Below, one piece after another: positions 8,462 to 16,298 of a stretch of 30,146 bases of DNA. The stretch is taken from NCBI GenBank assembly GCA_051747585.1, contig JBNJGH010000037.1, positions 1 to 30,146 of the forward strand, given 5' to 3'. Every line of letters begins with the position of its first letter. Position 1 is the first letter of the stretch. The notes under the pieces were generated by a model, which had not been told where the DNA came from, did not search any database, and saw nothing but the letters and a program-made list of their open reading frames with translations. Source of the DNA: Candidatus Rifleibacteriota bacterium (GTDB taxonomy: Bacteria; Muiribacteriota; Ozemobacteria; Ozemobacterales; Ozemobacteraceae). The translations under genes and the position numbers were made by a program.

Positions 8462-8647
8462 ATGACATTTCCCGGAAAAAAATTATCTGATGAAGAAGTT
8501 ACAGAATTGCGTTCTGAAAAAATGGAGCTCAATCGTAAGTCACGCCGACAAACCGGCATGAAAATGGTTTGCAAGGGTAAAGCTGATGGCGTATTAGAAT
8601 GCAAAACATCTGAAGGAATTTGTCCGGATTACGAAATTTGCCACTGA
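8462..8647 (+). CDS. Small Cys-rich protein (61 aa)
   Basis: AGGAGG at 8444-8449, four Cys in the C-terminal half (C-x9-C-x6-C-x5-C-H), and a terminator directly after the stop. Confidence 0.7.
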   Translation: MTFPGKKLSDEEVTELRSEKMELNRKSRRQTGMKMVCKGKADGVLECKTSEGICPDYEICH

Positions 8648-8661
8648 CCTGCTAACTTTTT

Positions 8662-8710
8662 CATAAAAAAAGCTTCTTAACCGGTTTGCCGGTTGGAAGC
8701 TTTTTTTATG
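8662..8710 (+). terminator. Intrinsic terminator (potentially bidirectional)
   Basis: cataaaaaaagcttc / gaagctttttttatg arms around an inner aaccgg / ccggtt stem. Confidence 0.85.
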
Positions 8711-8733
8711 TGCAATAAAATTTAGAAGATTAA

Positions 8734-8851
8734 AGATTGCTTCGTCGTTTCACTCCTCGCAATGACAGACCCAAACTGTCTTTATTTCCTGTGGTTAGCG
8801 GAGCAATCTAAATGTCTTGAAACCGTTATTAACCAACAAATGGAGAATAAC
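8734..8851. repeat. REP-like element (AGATTGCTTCG...CTCGCAATGAC type) with shared flank
   Basis: agattgcttcgtcgtttcactcctcgcaatgacag followed by a decayed inverse unit (agcaatct). 8802-8851 is an inverted copy of 11442-11490. Confidence 0.75.
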
Positions 8852-8871
8852 CGGTTAAATAGTAGTAAGTA

Positions 8872-8900
8872 TTGCCTGTGATTTTCATTTGGTCTATATT
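8872..8900 (+). promoter_or_regulatory. Sigma70-type promoter for the antiporter
   Basis: TTGCCT-17 nt-TATATT. Confidence 0.55.
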
Positions 8901-8911
8901 GAACATACAAT

Positions 8912-8959
8912 AATTAGTTTCAGGCCGGTCTAATGATAATAATTGCCGGGTCTCTGATT
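8912..8959 (+). promoter_or_regulatory. Candidate cis-regulatory RNA, Na+-I (DUF1646) riboswitch-like
   Basis: Begins just after the predicted TSS. Closing pair aattag/ctgatt encloses ...CAGGCCGGTC...AATTGCCGG.... Lies upstream of a KefB-type antiporter. Resemblance to the motif is from memory only. Confidence 0.4.
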
Positions 8960-8985
8960 TACTGAACGTGAGGGTAATTTAAGAG

Positions 8986-10209
8986 ATGGACATTCTTTTA
9001 ACCATTGGTTTTTTGCTTATAGCCGGATTTACCGTCGGTATGGTTTTTCATCGGCTGGGATTGCCTAAAATTATTGGTTATACCCTTGCAGGCGTAGCTC
9101 TTAGCCCAAATAGTATTGAGTTGTTCAGTAAGAGCATAATTCAGCGGACAAATCCACTTCTTGAAGTATGCCTGGCTTTTATTGCCTTTGAGGTTGGCGG
9201 TTCATTAAAGTGGAGTAAGATAAAAGAGCATGGAAAACAGGTCTTAAGTATAACTGTCATGGCCGGTATTGCACCTTTTATAATGGTTAGCCTCGGGGTT
9301 TATGTTTCGGGCATTTTTCTGAACTCCACTGTCTTTGATACTCATATGCAACTTTGGTTGTTTTCTTTATTGCTGGGAGCTATGTCTTCGCCAACTGCTC
9401 CTGCTGCAATTCTTGCTGTAATCCATGAATATAAGGCCAGAGGCGAAGTCAGCGATACAATACTTGGGGTTGTGGCCCTGGATGATGTTCTGGGAATTGT
9501 GCTATTCAGTCTTACTATTGCAGTCATGTCAGTTTTTACATCAATTGAAGCAGGTGGACAACTGTTTGGCAGTTCGCTGCTCTATTCACTTTTTGAAGTT
9601 GGTGGTGCTGTTGCAGTTGGGGCAGGAATTGGTTTTGCTTTTATAATGATAGGTCGCTTTCTAAAGCTTGAGGGAGACGGGCAGTGGTTTGTTATTATCT
9701 TTTCTTTAATAATTTTATGTGCAGGTCTGGCCAGCCTGTTTGAGGTTGATAAGCTGATGGCTTATATGGTCATGGGCATAGTAGTAGTAAACAAATGTAG
9801 TAAGCATAAGCTGATTTTTAAAATTTTGCGTCGATATACAGAAGAATTGATTTTTCTTTTTTTCTTTCTCCTGAGTGGCTTGCACCTTAATATAAGAGCG
9901 ATTCCTCAGACTGCTTTGCTGATTTTATTCTTTGTTGTTTTTCGGGCATTAGGAAAGTTTGCCGGCGCTGCGATCGGTGGCAGGATCGTAAATGCGAGTA
10001 AAAATGTAAAGAAATATACCGGGCCAAGTTTGCTTCCCCAGGCCGGTATTGCTATAGGTCTTGTTTTAAGTATTTACAAGCAGAAAGGTTTTTTAGAAAT
10101 TTCTGATTTACTTCTTGCAACTGTAATGGGAGCGACAATAATTAATGAGCTTATAGGGCCTCTTGTCACCAAATATTCTTTGTTGAAATCAGGTGACATT
10201 AAAGAATAA
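8986..10209 (+). CDS. CPA2/KefB-type cation:proton antiporter (membrane domain only)
   Basis: About 12-13 TM segments; LPKIIGY, SPTAPAA, VVALDD, RALGK, LLPQAGIAIGL, INELIGP motifs. Confidence 0.93.
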   Translation: MDILLTIGFLLIAGFTVGMVFHRLGLPKIIGYTLAGVALSPNSIELFSKSIIQRTNPLLEVCLAFIAFEVGGSLKWSKIKEHGKQVLSITVMAGIAPFIMVSLGVYVSGIFLNSTVFDTHMQLWLFSLLLGAMSSPTAPAAILAVIHEYKARGEVSDTILGVVALDDVLGIVLFSLTIAVMSVFTSIEAGGQLFGSSLLYSLFEVGGAVAVGAGIGFAFIMIGRFLKLEGDGQWFVIIFSLIILCAGLASLFEVDKLMAYMVMGIVVVNKCSKHKLIFKILRRYTEELIFLFFFLLSGLHLNIRAIPQTALLILFFVVFRALGKFAGAAIGGRIVNASKNVKKYTGPSLLPQAGIAIGLVLSIYKQKGFLEISDLLLATVMGATIINELIGPLVTKYSLLKSGDIKE

Positions 10210-10233
10210 AAACGAAAATGTTAGCGAACCTAC

Positions 10234-11358
10234 CTATAAGTTTAATGGTTTCAGATGTTCTATACCTATTTTTCCACCTTTGAGTAGTTTATCAAATAAC
10301 GAAGGATCTTTTCTTACAGCTTCTCGAATAATCATTAATCCTCTTAAGTAAGAAGCATCCTTTGTGTATGCACCAGCGTCTGCTGAATATTTTAATCCCC
10401 GTTTACATCTTACCGTAATCCGCCATGCCACTTCTTTGTCTGCACCCATTTGACGTAAGAGCTTAAACGTTCTAAAAAATGAATGTTTTAAGGCCCAGTG
10501 AACACCAAGAACGCGTAGAGCAAAAAGTGGCAGGCCGTCTTTTATCCCATTTTTAAATTCGTTATAAACAGCAAGACCTTCTTCAGTTTTTAAATAACCG
10601 GGCAAGCCGGTAGAAAACATTTTTAAAGGGTATTTTCTGCCGTTCTGGGCGCGGATGGCATGCACGCCTATTTCGTGCAGAATCAGGCGTTTTGCATCTC
10701 TTTTAGAAAATCTGCTGTTACCGTTAATTTTTACTTTTCGCGAGCCGGGTAAGACCGAGGCTCGTGCCCCCATGTTTTCATAGATTTTAATTTTCCATTC
10801 GTTGAGATTGTAATCCTGCAGCGCTTTTTCCAGGATCTTTTTTAGATCGAGTGGAGAAAGAGTTTTTTCGTATTCTGTAACTTTTACTTCTCTTAAAATT
10901 TTATGCGCTTCAAGAATCAGTTCCGGTTCAGGTGCAGGGTATAGTTCGCAACAAAGTCGGCTGAACTCATCTGGATCAGAGGTGAGAATTATTGCAGCCT
11001 TGGTTTTAAGAAGTTCAAGGTAAGACTTCAGTATTTCTGAGTAAAAGCCTTCCTGAGGCAATTCAACATCTGCAAAGTAAAAATTGCGTAATTTATCCGG
11101 AATTGGTTTAAAAGAAAAAACCGGGTTATAGACTTTGTTCTGAGCCATTGCTTCAAAAAATTTCTTTTTTTCCACTTTTTGAGAGGCCGACAGTGGATTA
11201 AGCCTGGAAGTAAATGCTACAGTTCTTCGATGTTTGTACAGCTGCTTATCTGCTTCTATTTCTCTGTTGGCAGGCTCAGGTAATGTCTGCGCCCGCGAGC
11301 AAACTGAAATAAGCAGAATGAACAACATCAGGATATTTTTAATTCTTTGAAAATTCAT
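10234..11358 (-). CDS. DUF1704 / MATCAP-like zinc carboxypeptidase with a signal peptide
   Basis: HEIGVH, TEEGLA, RCKRG, YTKDASYLRG and GKIG motifs. Likely start is ATG 11358, with GGAG SD. Confidence 0.88.
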   Translation of the reverse strand: MNFQRIKNILMLFILLISVCSRAQTLPEPANREIEADKQLYKHRRTVAFTSRLNPLSASQKVEKKKFFEAMAQNKVYNPVFSFKPIPDKLRNFYFADVELPQEGFYSEILKSYLELLKTKAAIILTSDPDEFSRLCCELYPAPEPELILEAHKILREVKVTEYEKTLSPLDLKKILEKALQDYNLNEWKIKIYENMGARASVLPGSRKVKINGNSRFSKRDAKRLILHEIGVHAIRAQNGRKYPLKMFSTGLPGYLKTEEGLAVYNEFKNGIKDGLPLFALRVLGVHWALKHSFFRTFKLLRQMGADKEVAWRITVRCKRGLKYSADAGAYTKDASYLRGLMIIREAVRKDPSLFDKLLKGGKIGIEHLKPLNL

Positions 11359-11441
11359 TAAATTATTCTCCAATAATGACAATATAGTTGTAAATTATAG
11401 GATTAAAGCAATATTTGATCAACCTCAGCAGATTAAGTTCA

Positions 11442-11665
11442 GTAATTCTCCATTTGTTTATAATAACTCTTTCAAGACATTTAGATTGCTTTGCTTCGAC
11501 ACCGCTCAGCACAAGCGCTTCGCTCCCAATGACAGCCCGTGCGGTCCTTGAGCGGAGTCGAAGGGACTCTGTAACCATCCATTGGTGGTTTCGACTCCGC
11601 TCAACCACCAATATATAATGACAGCCCCAAATTGTCATTGCGATGAGCATCGCGAAGAAGCAACC
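11442..11665. repeat. Composite REP cluster
   Basis: AGATTGCTT...CAATGAC unit interrupted by cttcgacaccgctcagcacaag. Then the inverted pair ttgagcggagtcgaa / ttcgactccgctcaa and an inverse gtcattgcga...gaagcaa unit. Confidence 0.8.
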
Positions 11666-12781
11666 TTATTTCCAGAAGTGTTCAACCAGTTTGTATCGGT
11701 TTTTTAATCCTACGGAGCGGCCCAAACAGACCAGCATATGAAGGAAATAGGGAATACGTCCAAACATTTGAACTCCGAGTATGGTGCCGCAGCCACGTTT
11801 GTTAGCAAGGGGCACTACCCAACCCGGATCAAGAGGATAAAAAGGTTTGAGTGCTTTTTTGTCAAGGTGTCTGAGCAAATTCTCGGCGGCTTTTTGTCCC
11901 TCAGACAGGGAAAATTGAACACCCATTCTTAACTTTTTATTCTTGTATTTGAAACCGGCAGCGTCACCGGCAGCAAATACACCGTTGCCAAGCTGCAGAC
12001 ATTCATCTACTTCGAGACGCCCTTGCGAATCTTTGTTGAACGACAGTTGCCGGATAAAGTCATCGGTGCATACGCCTGCTGCCCACAACGCCAGGGCGTT
12101 ATCGTAATCAGTGCCATCAGACAAGCTGACTTTGTTTCCATCGAAGCCTGTCATTGAGGTTTGGGTTTTCACCTCAATTCCGGCTTTTCTTACCTCTTTT
12201 TCTATAAAAGCAATTTGTCTGGGAGGCAATGCACTGCAAAGCGACGAGCCTCTTTCTACAATTGTAACTTTTCTTTTTAAGCCAATTTTTTTGAGAAAAT
12301 TATCAATATTTGAAGCAAGTTCTACACCGGTATAGCCGCCACCACAAACAATGAAACGCTTTTGGGTTGAACTTTCTACCAGCTTTCTTACTTCAAGTGC
12401 ATTTTCGATTGAATCAAGCTTATATGGCGGCTTCACCCAACTTTTGCATGGGCTCAGATTTGTTTTGCTTCCGCCACAAATTATTAAGCCATCGTAAGGA
12501 ATTTTTTTTGATTCTGTATGAACCACTTTTTCTCTTAAATCTATTTTTATGACCTTTTCCTGTAAAAAATCAAAATTCCAGCGTTTTGCGGCTTCTTTAA
12601 GCGGATATGCAAGTGCTTCAGGATTCAGAGACTGACCGACTATGTCAGGCAACATCGGCAGAAACTGGCTCGAATCCTTTTTATCTATAAGGGTTGTCTG
12701 GTGAGTTTTATGACTTGTTGCCAGATATTCGGCTGCTGCAAGTCCTGCAAAGCCACCGCCTATAATTATAATTTTACTCAT
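11666..12781 (-). CDS. Type II NAD(P)H:quinone oxidoreductase-like flavoprotein
   Basis: GGGFAG (FAD), GGGYTGVELA (second dinucleotide fold), WAAGV, FAAGD. Confidence 0.88.
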   Translation of the reverse strand: MSKIIIIGGGFAGLAAAEYLATSHKTHQTTLIDKKDSSQFLPMLPDIVGQSLNPEALAYPLKEAAKRWNFDFLQEKVIKIDLREKVVHTESKKIPYDGLIICGGSKTNLSPCKSWVKPPYKLDSIENALEVRKLVESSTQKRFIVCGGGYTGVELASNIDNFLKKIGLKRKVTIVERGSSLCSALPPRQIAFIEKEVRKAGIEVKTQTSMTGFDGNKVSLSDGTDYDNALALWAAGVCTDDFIRQLSFNKDSQGRLEVDECLQLGNGVFAAGDAAGFKYKNKKLRMGVQFSLSEGQKAAENLLRHLDKKALKPFYPLDPGWVVPLANKRGCGTILGVQMFGRIPYFLHMLVCLGRSVGLKNRYKLVEHFWK

Positions 12782-12849
12782 TTATGCCTCTCTTTCTATC
12801 TATCTTATTAATCATAACAGTAAATCCACAGTTATTTTTCATTTGTTTA

Positions 12850-13761
12850 TTAATGTCGGTTATATATCAAATAGATTTCTTCAAGAAGTAAAGCAAGCCC
12901 TACCAACAGCTGTACGCTAATCGCCAGTTTAGAAGAAATAGTCAATTTGTCTTTTTTGTCATAGTATTTTTTTAAAATAAATGCTGCAAAAAAAGTAAGT
13001 GGAAACCCAAGAAAAGCAAATCCTGCAGCTGTCTTGGAAATATAATTTTGATGTGCACAATATAGAATGGTTGCCCAGGCCATTAATTCAAGAATTACAA
13101 AAAGTATCCATCCTTTTTCAGCGCCTGTTTTAACCACGAGTGTATTTTTGCCACCTTTTGCATCTGTTTCTGCATCAGGAATTTCGTTTGCAACAAGAAT
13201 GCCGCTGGTTAAAAAACCGAAAATGGTTGAAATAATCAGTAATTCAATGTCAGGGTAGCCTGTGCCTGCAAAAAATGATCCACCTGCTATGCAGATCGGT
13301 CCAAATAAAATAAAAACTGTTATTTCACCCAGGCCTCGATAAGCTAAAGCCAGAGGTTTACATGAATACTGCCAGGCAAACGCCAATACCAGAAGATACA
13401 AAAATGGTGTTTCCCATCGATTAATCAAAATTGATATTGTCAAAAGGCAAGCTGCTGAACAGATTGCAGAAATTACGGCGGCTTTGTAATACCAGCTTAC
13501 CGAAAGTTTCCCTTCCTGAATAAGCTTTGAGCCGCCAAAGAAGCCGTAATAGTTTTCATCAAGATTATCTACGCCGGTTTTTGAGTCCGCTGCATCATTA
13601 ATTAAATTGGCCGAAAGATGGGTAGCAGTTACCGTAATTGCGCCAAGAATTAATAAAACAGGATCAATATTCTTAGAACTTCTAACAAAAGCAAATAAAA
13701 AAGGCAAAAGACAGGCTGAAGTAAATGGCAGTCTTAACGCTCTAATGAACTGTTTTAACAT
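12850..13761 (-). CDS. menA: 1,4-dihydroxy-2-naphthoate prenyltransferase-like (UbiA family)
   Basis: ALRLPF, ANLINDAADSKTGVD, YRGLGE, NEIPDAETDAKGGKNTLVV; multiple TM segments. Confidence 0.85.
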   Translation of the reverse strand: MLKQFIRALRLPFTSACLLPFLFAFVRSSKNIDPVLLILGAITVTATHLSANLINDAADSKTGVDNLDENYYGFFGGSKLIQEGKLSVSWYYKAAVISAICSAACLLTISILINRWETPFLYLLVLAFAWQYSCKPLALAYRGLGEITVFILFGPICIAGGSFFAGTGYPDIELLIISTIFGFLTSGILVANEIPDAETDAKGGKNTLVVKTGAEKGWILFVILELMAWATILYCAHQNYISKTAAGFAFLGFPLTFFAAFILKKYYDKKDKLTISSKLAISVQLLVGLALLLEEIYLIYNRH

Positions 13762-13842
13762 TATCTCGAATTTTCCTGACCGCTGATGAGTTTTTGTTCA
13801 TTTTTACTGAGTTGGCGATTGCTGACTGAACGAAACCGGTAT

Positions 13843-14877
13843 TTAAAACAGCTTCTTCAAGAAAACGATTATGTTTTCTTTGTCAGCTGTTTCAATATCA
13901 AGATCTGTAATTTGTTTTTCTGCACTGAAAAATAGCTCTTGCATTTCTTTTCTGGCAGAAGCAAAGGCATTACAGTCGTGAAGCATCTGCATAACATTTT
14001 TAGAATTTTTGCTGCATGGATTTTTCATATAACTGTTCCAACAATCGGTAAATTCTTCATTTCGGTTTGATTCCAGACCAATTACGAAGGGGAGGTTTTG
14101 AAAAACATCGCGTCGGGCTTCTTCACTTTTGTCGTTACCATTTAACAGGGCTTCAAGGTCTTCAAGATCGTCTTTTATCTGATAGGCCTTGCCAAGAATG
14201 TGCCCAAGTTCAAAAAGCTTTTTTTCTTCCGAGGTTTCGCAGTTACCTAAAAGTCCACCTATTACGAGGGGAATAGAGAAAGAGTATTCAGCGGTTTTGT
14301 GGCAATGAAGTTTTCTGGTAATGGCCGAATCATGTGTGGGGCAATCGCGAAGACTTACTTCGGTTAAGGCTCCTCCGCCCGTTGTTAAGGCAACATCCAG
14401 CAAAAGATTCAGGGCACGGTTTTTAAGTGCATCCGATAGCTGCAGATCGGCGAAGGTTTTACAGGCCCGGGTAAAAATAAGGTCTCCGGTTATTAAAGCA
14501 AGAGAGCGACCATCTCTTACCCCTGCTTCGCCGGGTTTTATTCTTAGAAGTTCATGTAAAGAAGGTTGGCCACGCCTTTGAGGGCTTCCATCTATAAGGT
14601 CGTCATGAATCAGAGCAAATAGATGAAATAATTCGATTCCTGCAGCAGCAGACAATTGGGTGCTTTTTTCCAGTGGTTTGTAAGCTGAATTAGCAATTAA
14701 AAACAGCCGAGGACGAAGACGCTTGCCGCCAGATAAGGCAAACTCAAGAATTCTGCTCTTTATTTTATTAGAAACCCTGGCAAAAGATGGTCTTTTAAGA
14801 AAAGTACTAATGTTCTTTTCTAACTCTTTTTCAAGTGCAGATTTCCAAGTGTGGAAATTTGGGTTAAAGTGCAGCAC
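13843..14877 (-). CDS. Polyprenyl diphosphate synthase (IdsA/GGPPS-like)
   Basis: GGKRLRP, FARM HDDLID..RRG, GD, KT, SARM YQIKDDLED. GTG start overlaps the DoxX stop. Confidence 0.92.
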   Translation of the reverse strand: MLHFNPNFHTWKSALEKELEKNISTFLKRPSFARVSNKIKSRILEFALSGGKRLRPRLFLIANSAYKPLEKSTQLSAAAGIELFHLFALIHDDLIDGSPQRRGQPSLHELLRIKPGEAGVRDGRSLALITGDLIFTRACKTFADLQLSDALKNRALNLLLDVALTTGGGALTEVSLRDCPTHDSAITRKLHCHKTAEYSFSIPLVIGGLLGNCETSEEKKLFELGHILGKAYQIKDDLEDLEALLNGNDKSEEARRDVFQNLPFVIGLESNRNEEFTDCWNSYMKNPCSKNSKNVMQMLHDCNAFASARKEMQELFFSAEKQITDLDIETADKENIIVFLKKLF

Positions 14878-15311
14878 TATTGATACCAGCGCCCTGCTAA
14901 TGCTTTTATTTTAGCACCTATGCTCAGACTTCCGCCACCGGTGAAAATAAGTGATAAAAAAACTATCGCAAGAGACAAGGCATGACTGTAAACGTTAAAA
15001 GGATCTCCTTTTCCGGCATGCATAAGAAAGGCCACCAGCATTGTAAAAGAAAGCAAAGCTGCAAAAATTCTTACCCCAATTCCCAGGAGCAAAAACAGGC
15101 CTCCTGCAGTTTCTGAGAATGCAGCCATAAAGCCCCAGAATGCCGGTGCGAAATTTATTCCAAAAACTCCCATTGCACCGCCTACCTTTTGCCACAACTC
15201 AACTCCACCGGATAATTTGGGTACACCGTGGATCATCATTATAATGCCAAGTCCAAGTCGTAAGATAAGTAACCCAATGTTGACAAGTTTGCCAGAAGTT
15301 TCTTCAGTCAT
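14877..15311 (-). CDS. DoxX family membrane protein
   Basis: LLILRLGLG...HGVPKL, ETAGG...LLG, GGGSLS; four TM segments. Confidence 0.92.
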   Translation of the reverse strand: MTEETSGKLVNIGLLILRLGLGIIMMIHGVPKLSGGVELWQKVGGAMGVFGINFAPAFWGFMAAFSETAGGLFLLLGIGVRIFAALLSFTMLVAFLMHAGKGDPFNVYSHALSLAIVFLSLIFTGGGSLSIGAKIKALAGRWYQ

Positions 15312-15491
15312 ATTTTCTCCATTTCTTGCTTAAAATCCGATTAAATTAAAATTGTAAATAAAATTAAGGGACCAGATAAATATAAAAACGGAAGCCCGAG
15401 AGTCAAGCCTCCTGCGACATCAATTTCGCAAAATAGTTGTAAAATGTTACACTTTGAAAAGAAAGATTTAAAATCACGGGAGAGAAAGTAT

Positions 15492-16223
15492 TTGGCGAAG
15501 GCAGACAGGGGAAAAGCATATATAGGAACTTCAGGTTTTCATTATAATCATTGGAAAAAGGTCTTTTATCCTGAGAAAATGCCCACAAGTGAATGGTTTG
15601 CTTATTATTGCAAAAGCTTCGATACGGTAGAAATTAACAATACTTTTTATCAGCTTCCGCCAGATGAGAGATTTGTTGAATGGCGCAGAAGCGCACCTGA
15701 AAATTTTTGTTATAGTCTTAAATTTAACCGCTACGGGTCACACCTTAAATGCTTAAAGGAGCCTGAAAGCACTATTGGTAAATTTATTGATGCTGCCGTG
15801 CATTTAAAAAAGAATCTTGGGCCAATATTGGTACAACTCAAGCCTAACTGGAAAAAGAACTTTGAAAGGCTTAATCATTTTCTCGAGGTGGCTCCGAAGA
15901 ATTTTCGCTGGGTGATGGAATTCCGTAACAAAAGCTGGTTATGTGCAGAAATTTTTCAATTGTTGAAGCAGCATGGGGTAGCTTTATGTTTGCATGATAT
16001 GCTGGCAGACCATCCCGTCGAAGTCACGGCTGATTTCGTTTATATGCGATTTCATGGAGATCATTATGATGGCAGTTACAGTAGGCAGTTTCTGGATGAG
16101 ATTGCCAGAAAAATCAATATTTACTGTGATCAAGGATTAGATGTGTATGTTTACTTTAATAATGACGCCCACGGATATGCTGTAGAAAATGCGTTGGTAT
16201 TGAAAAAGCTTGTTGAAGAATAA
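15492..16223 (+). CDS. DUF72 (YecE/YunF) family protein
   Basis: IGTSGFHYNHW, TVEINNTFY, EFRNKSW, YMRFHG, VYFNND..GYA. Likely TTG start at 15492 after GGAGAG (ORF track start 15444). Confidence 0.92.
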   Translation: MAKADRGKAYIGTSGFHYNHWKKVFYPEKMPTSEWFAYYCKSFDTVEINNTFYQLPPDERFVEWRRSAPENFCYSLKFNRYGSHLKCLKEPESTIGKFIDAAVHLKKNLGPILVQLKPNWKKNFERLNHFLEVAPKNFRWVMEFRNKSWLCAEIFQLLKQHGVALCLHDMLADHPVEVTADFVYMRFHGDHYDGSYSRQFLDEIARKINIYCDQGLDVYVYFNNDAHGYAVENALVLKKLVEE

Positions 16224-16298
16224 ATTCAGGCAGATCTGCTTGAAAATTTTCTTAAATTACTAAATTATCTGTCAGTAAAAAAATAATTTCATGGCAAA

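Noticed and set aside
8454..8561. Selenocysteine read-through of ATG CAG CAA TGA
   Set aside because: No evident SECIS hairpin follows the TGA, and the product resembles no selenoprotein I recognise. The overlapping 61-aa frame is more protein-like.
8929..8947. Fur-box-like TCTAATGATAATAATTGCC (14/19)
   Set aside because: AT-rich match inside the riboswitch-like leader of a cation antiporter. Iron control is not otherwise supported, though not excluded.
11363..11650. ORFs 11363..11650 and 11415..11618
   Set aside because: They are typical spurious translations of REP units (LRLRS, WFRLRSTT).
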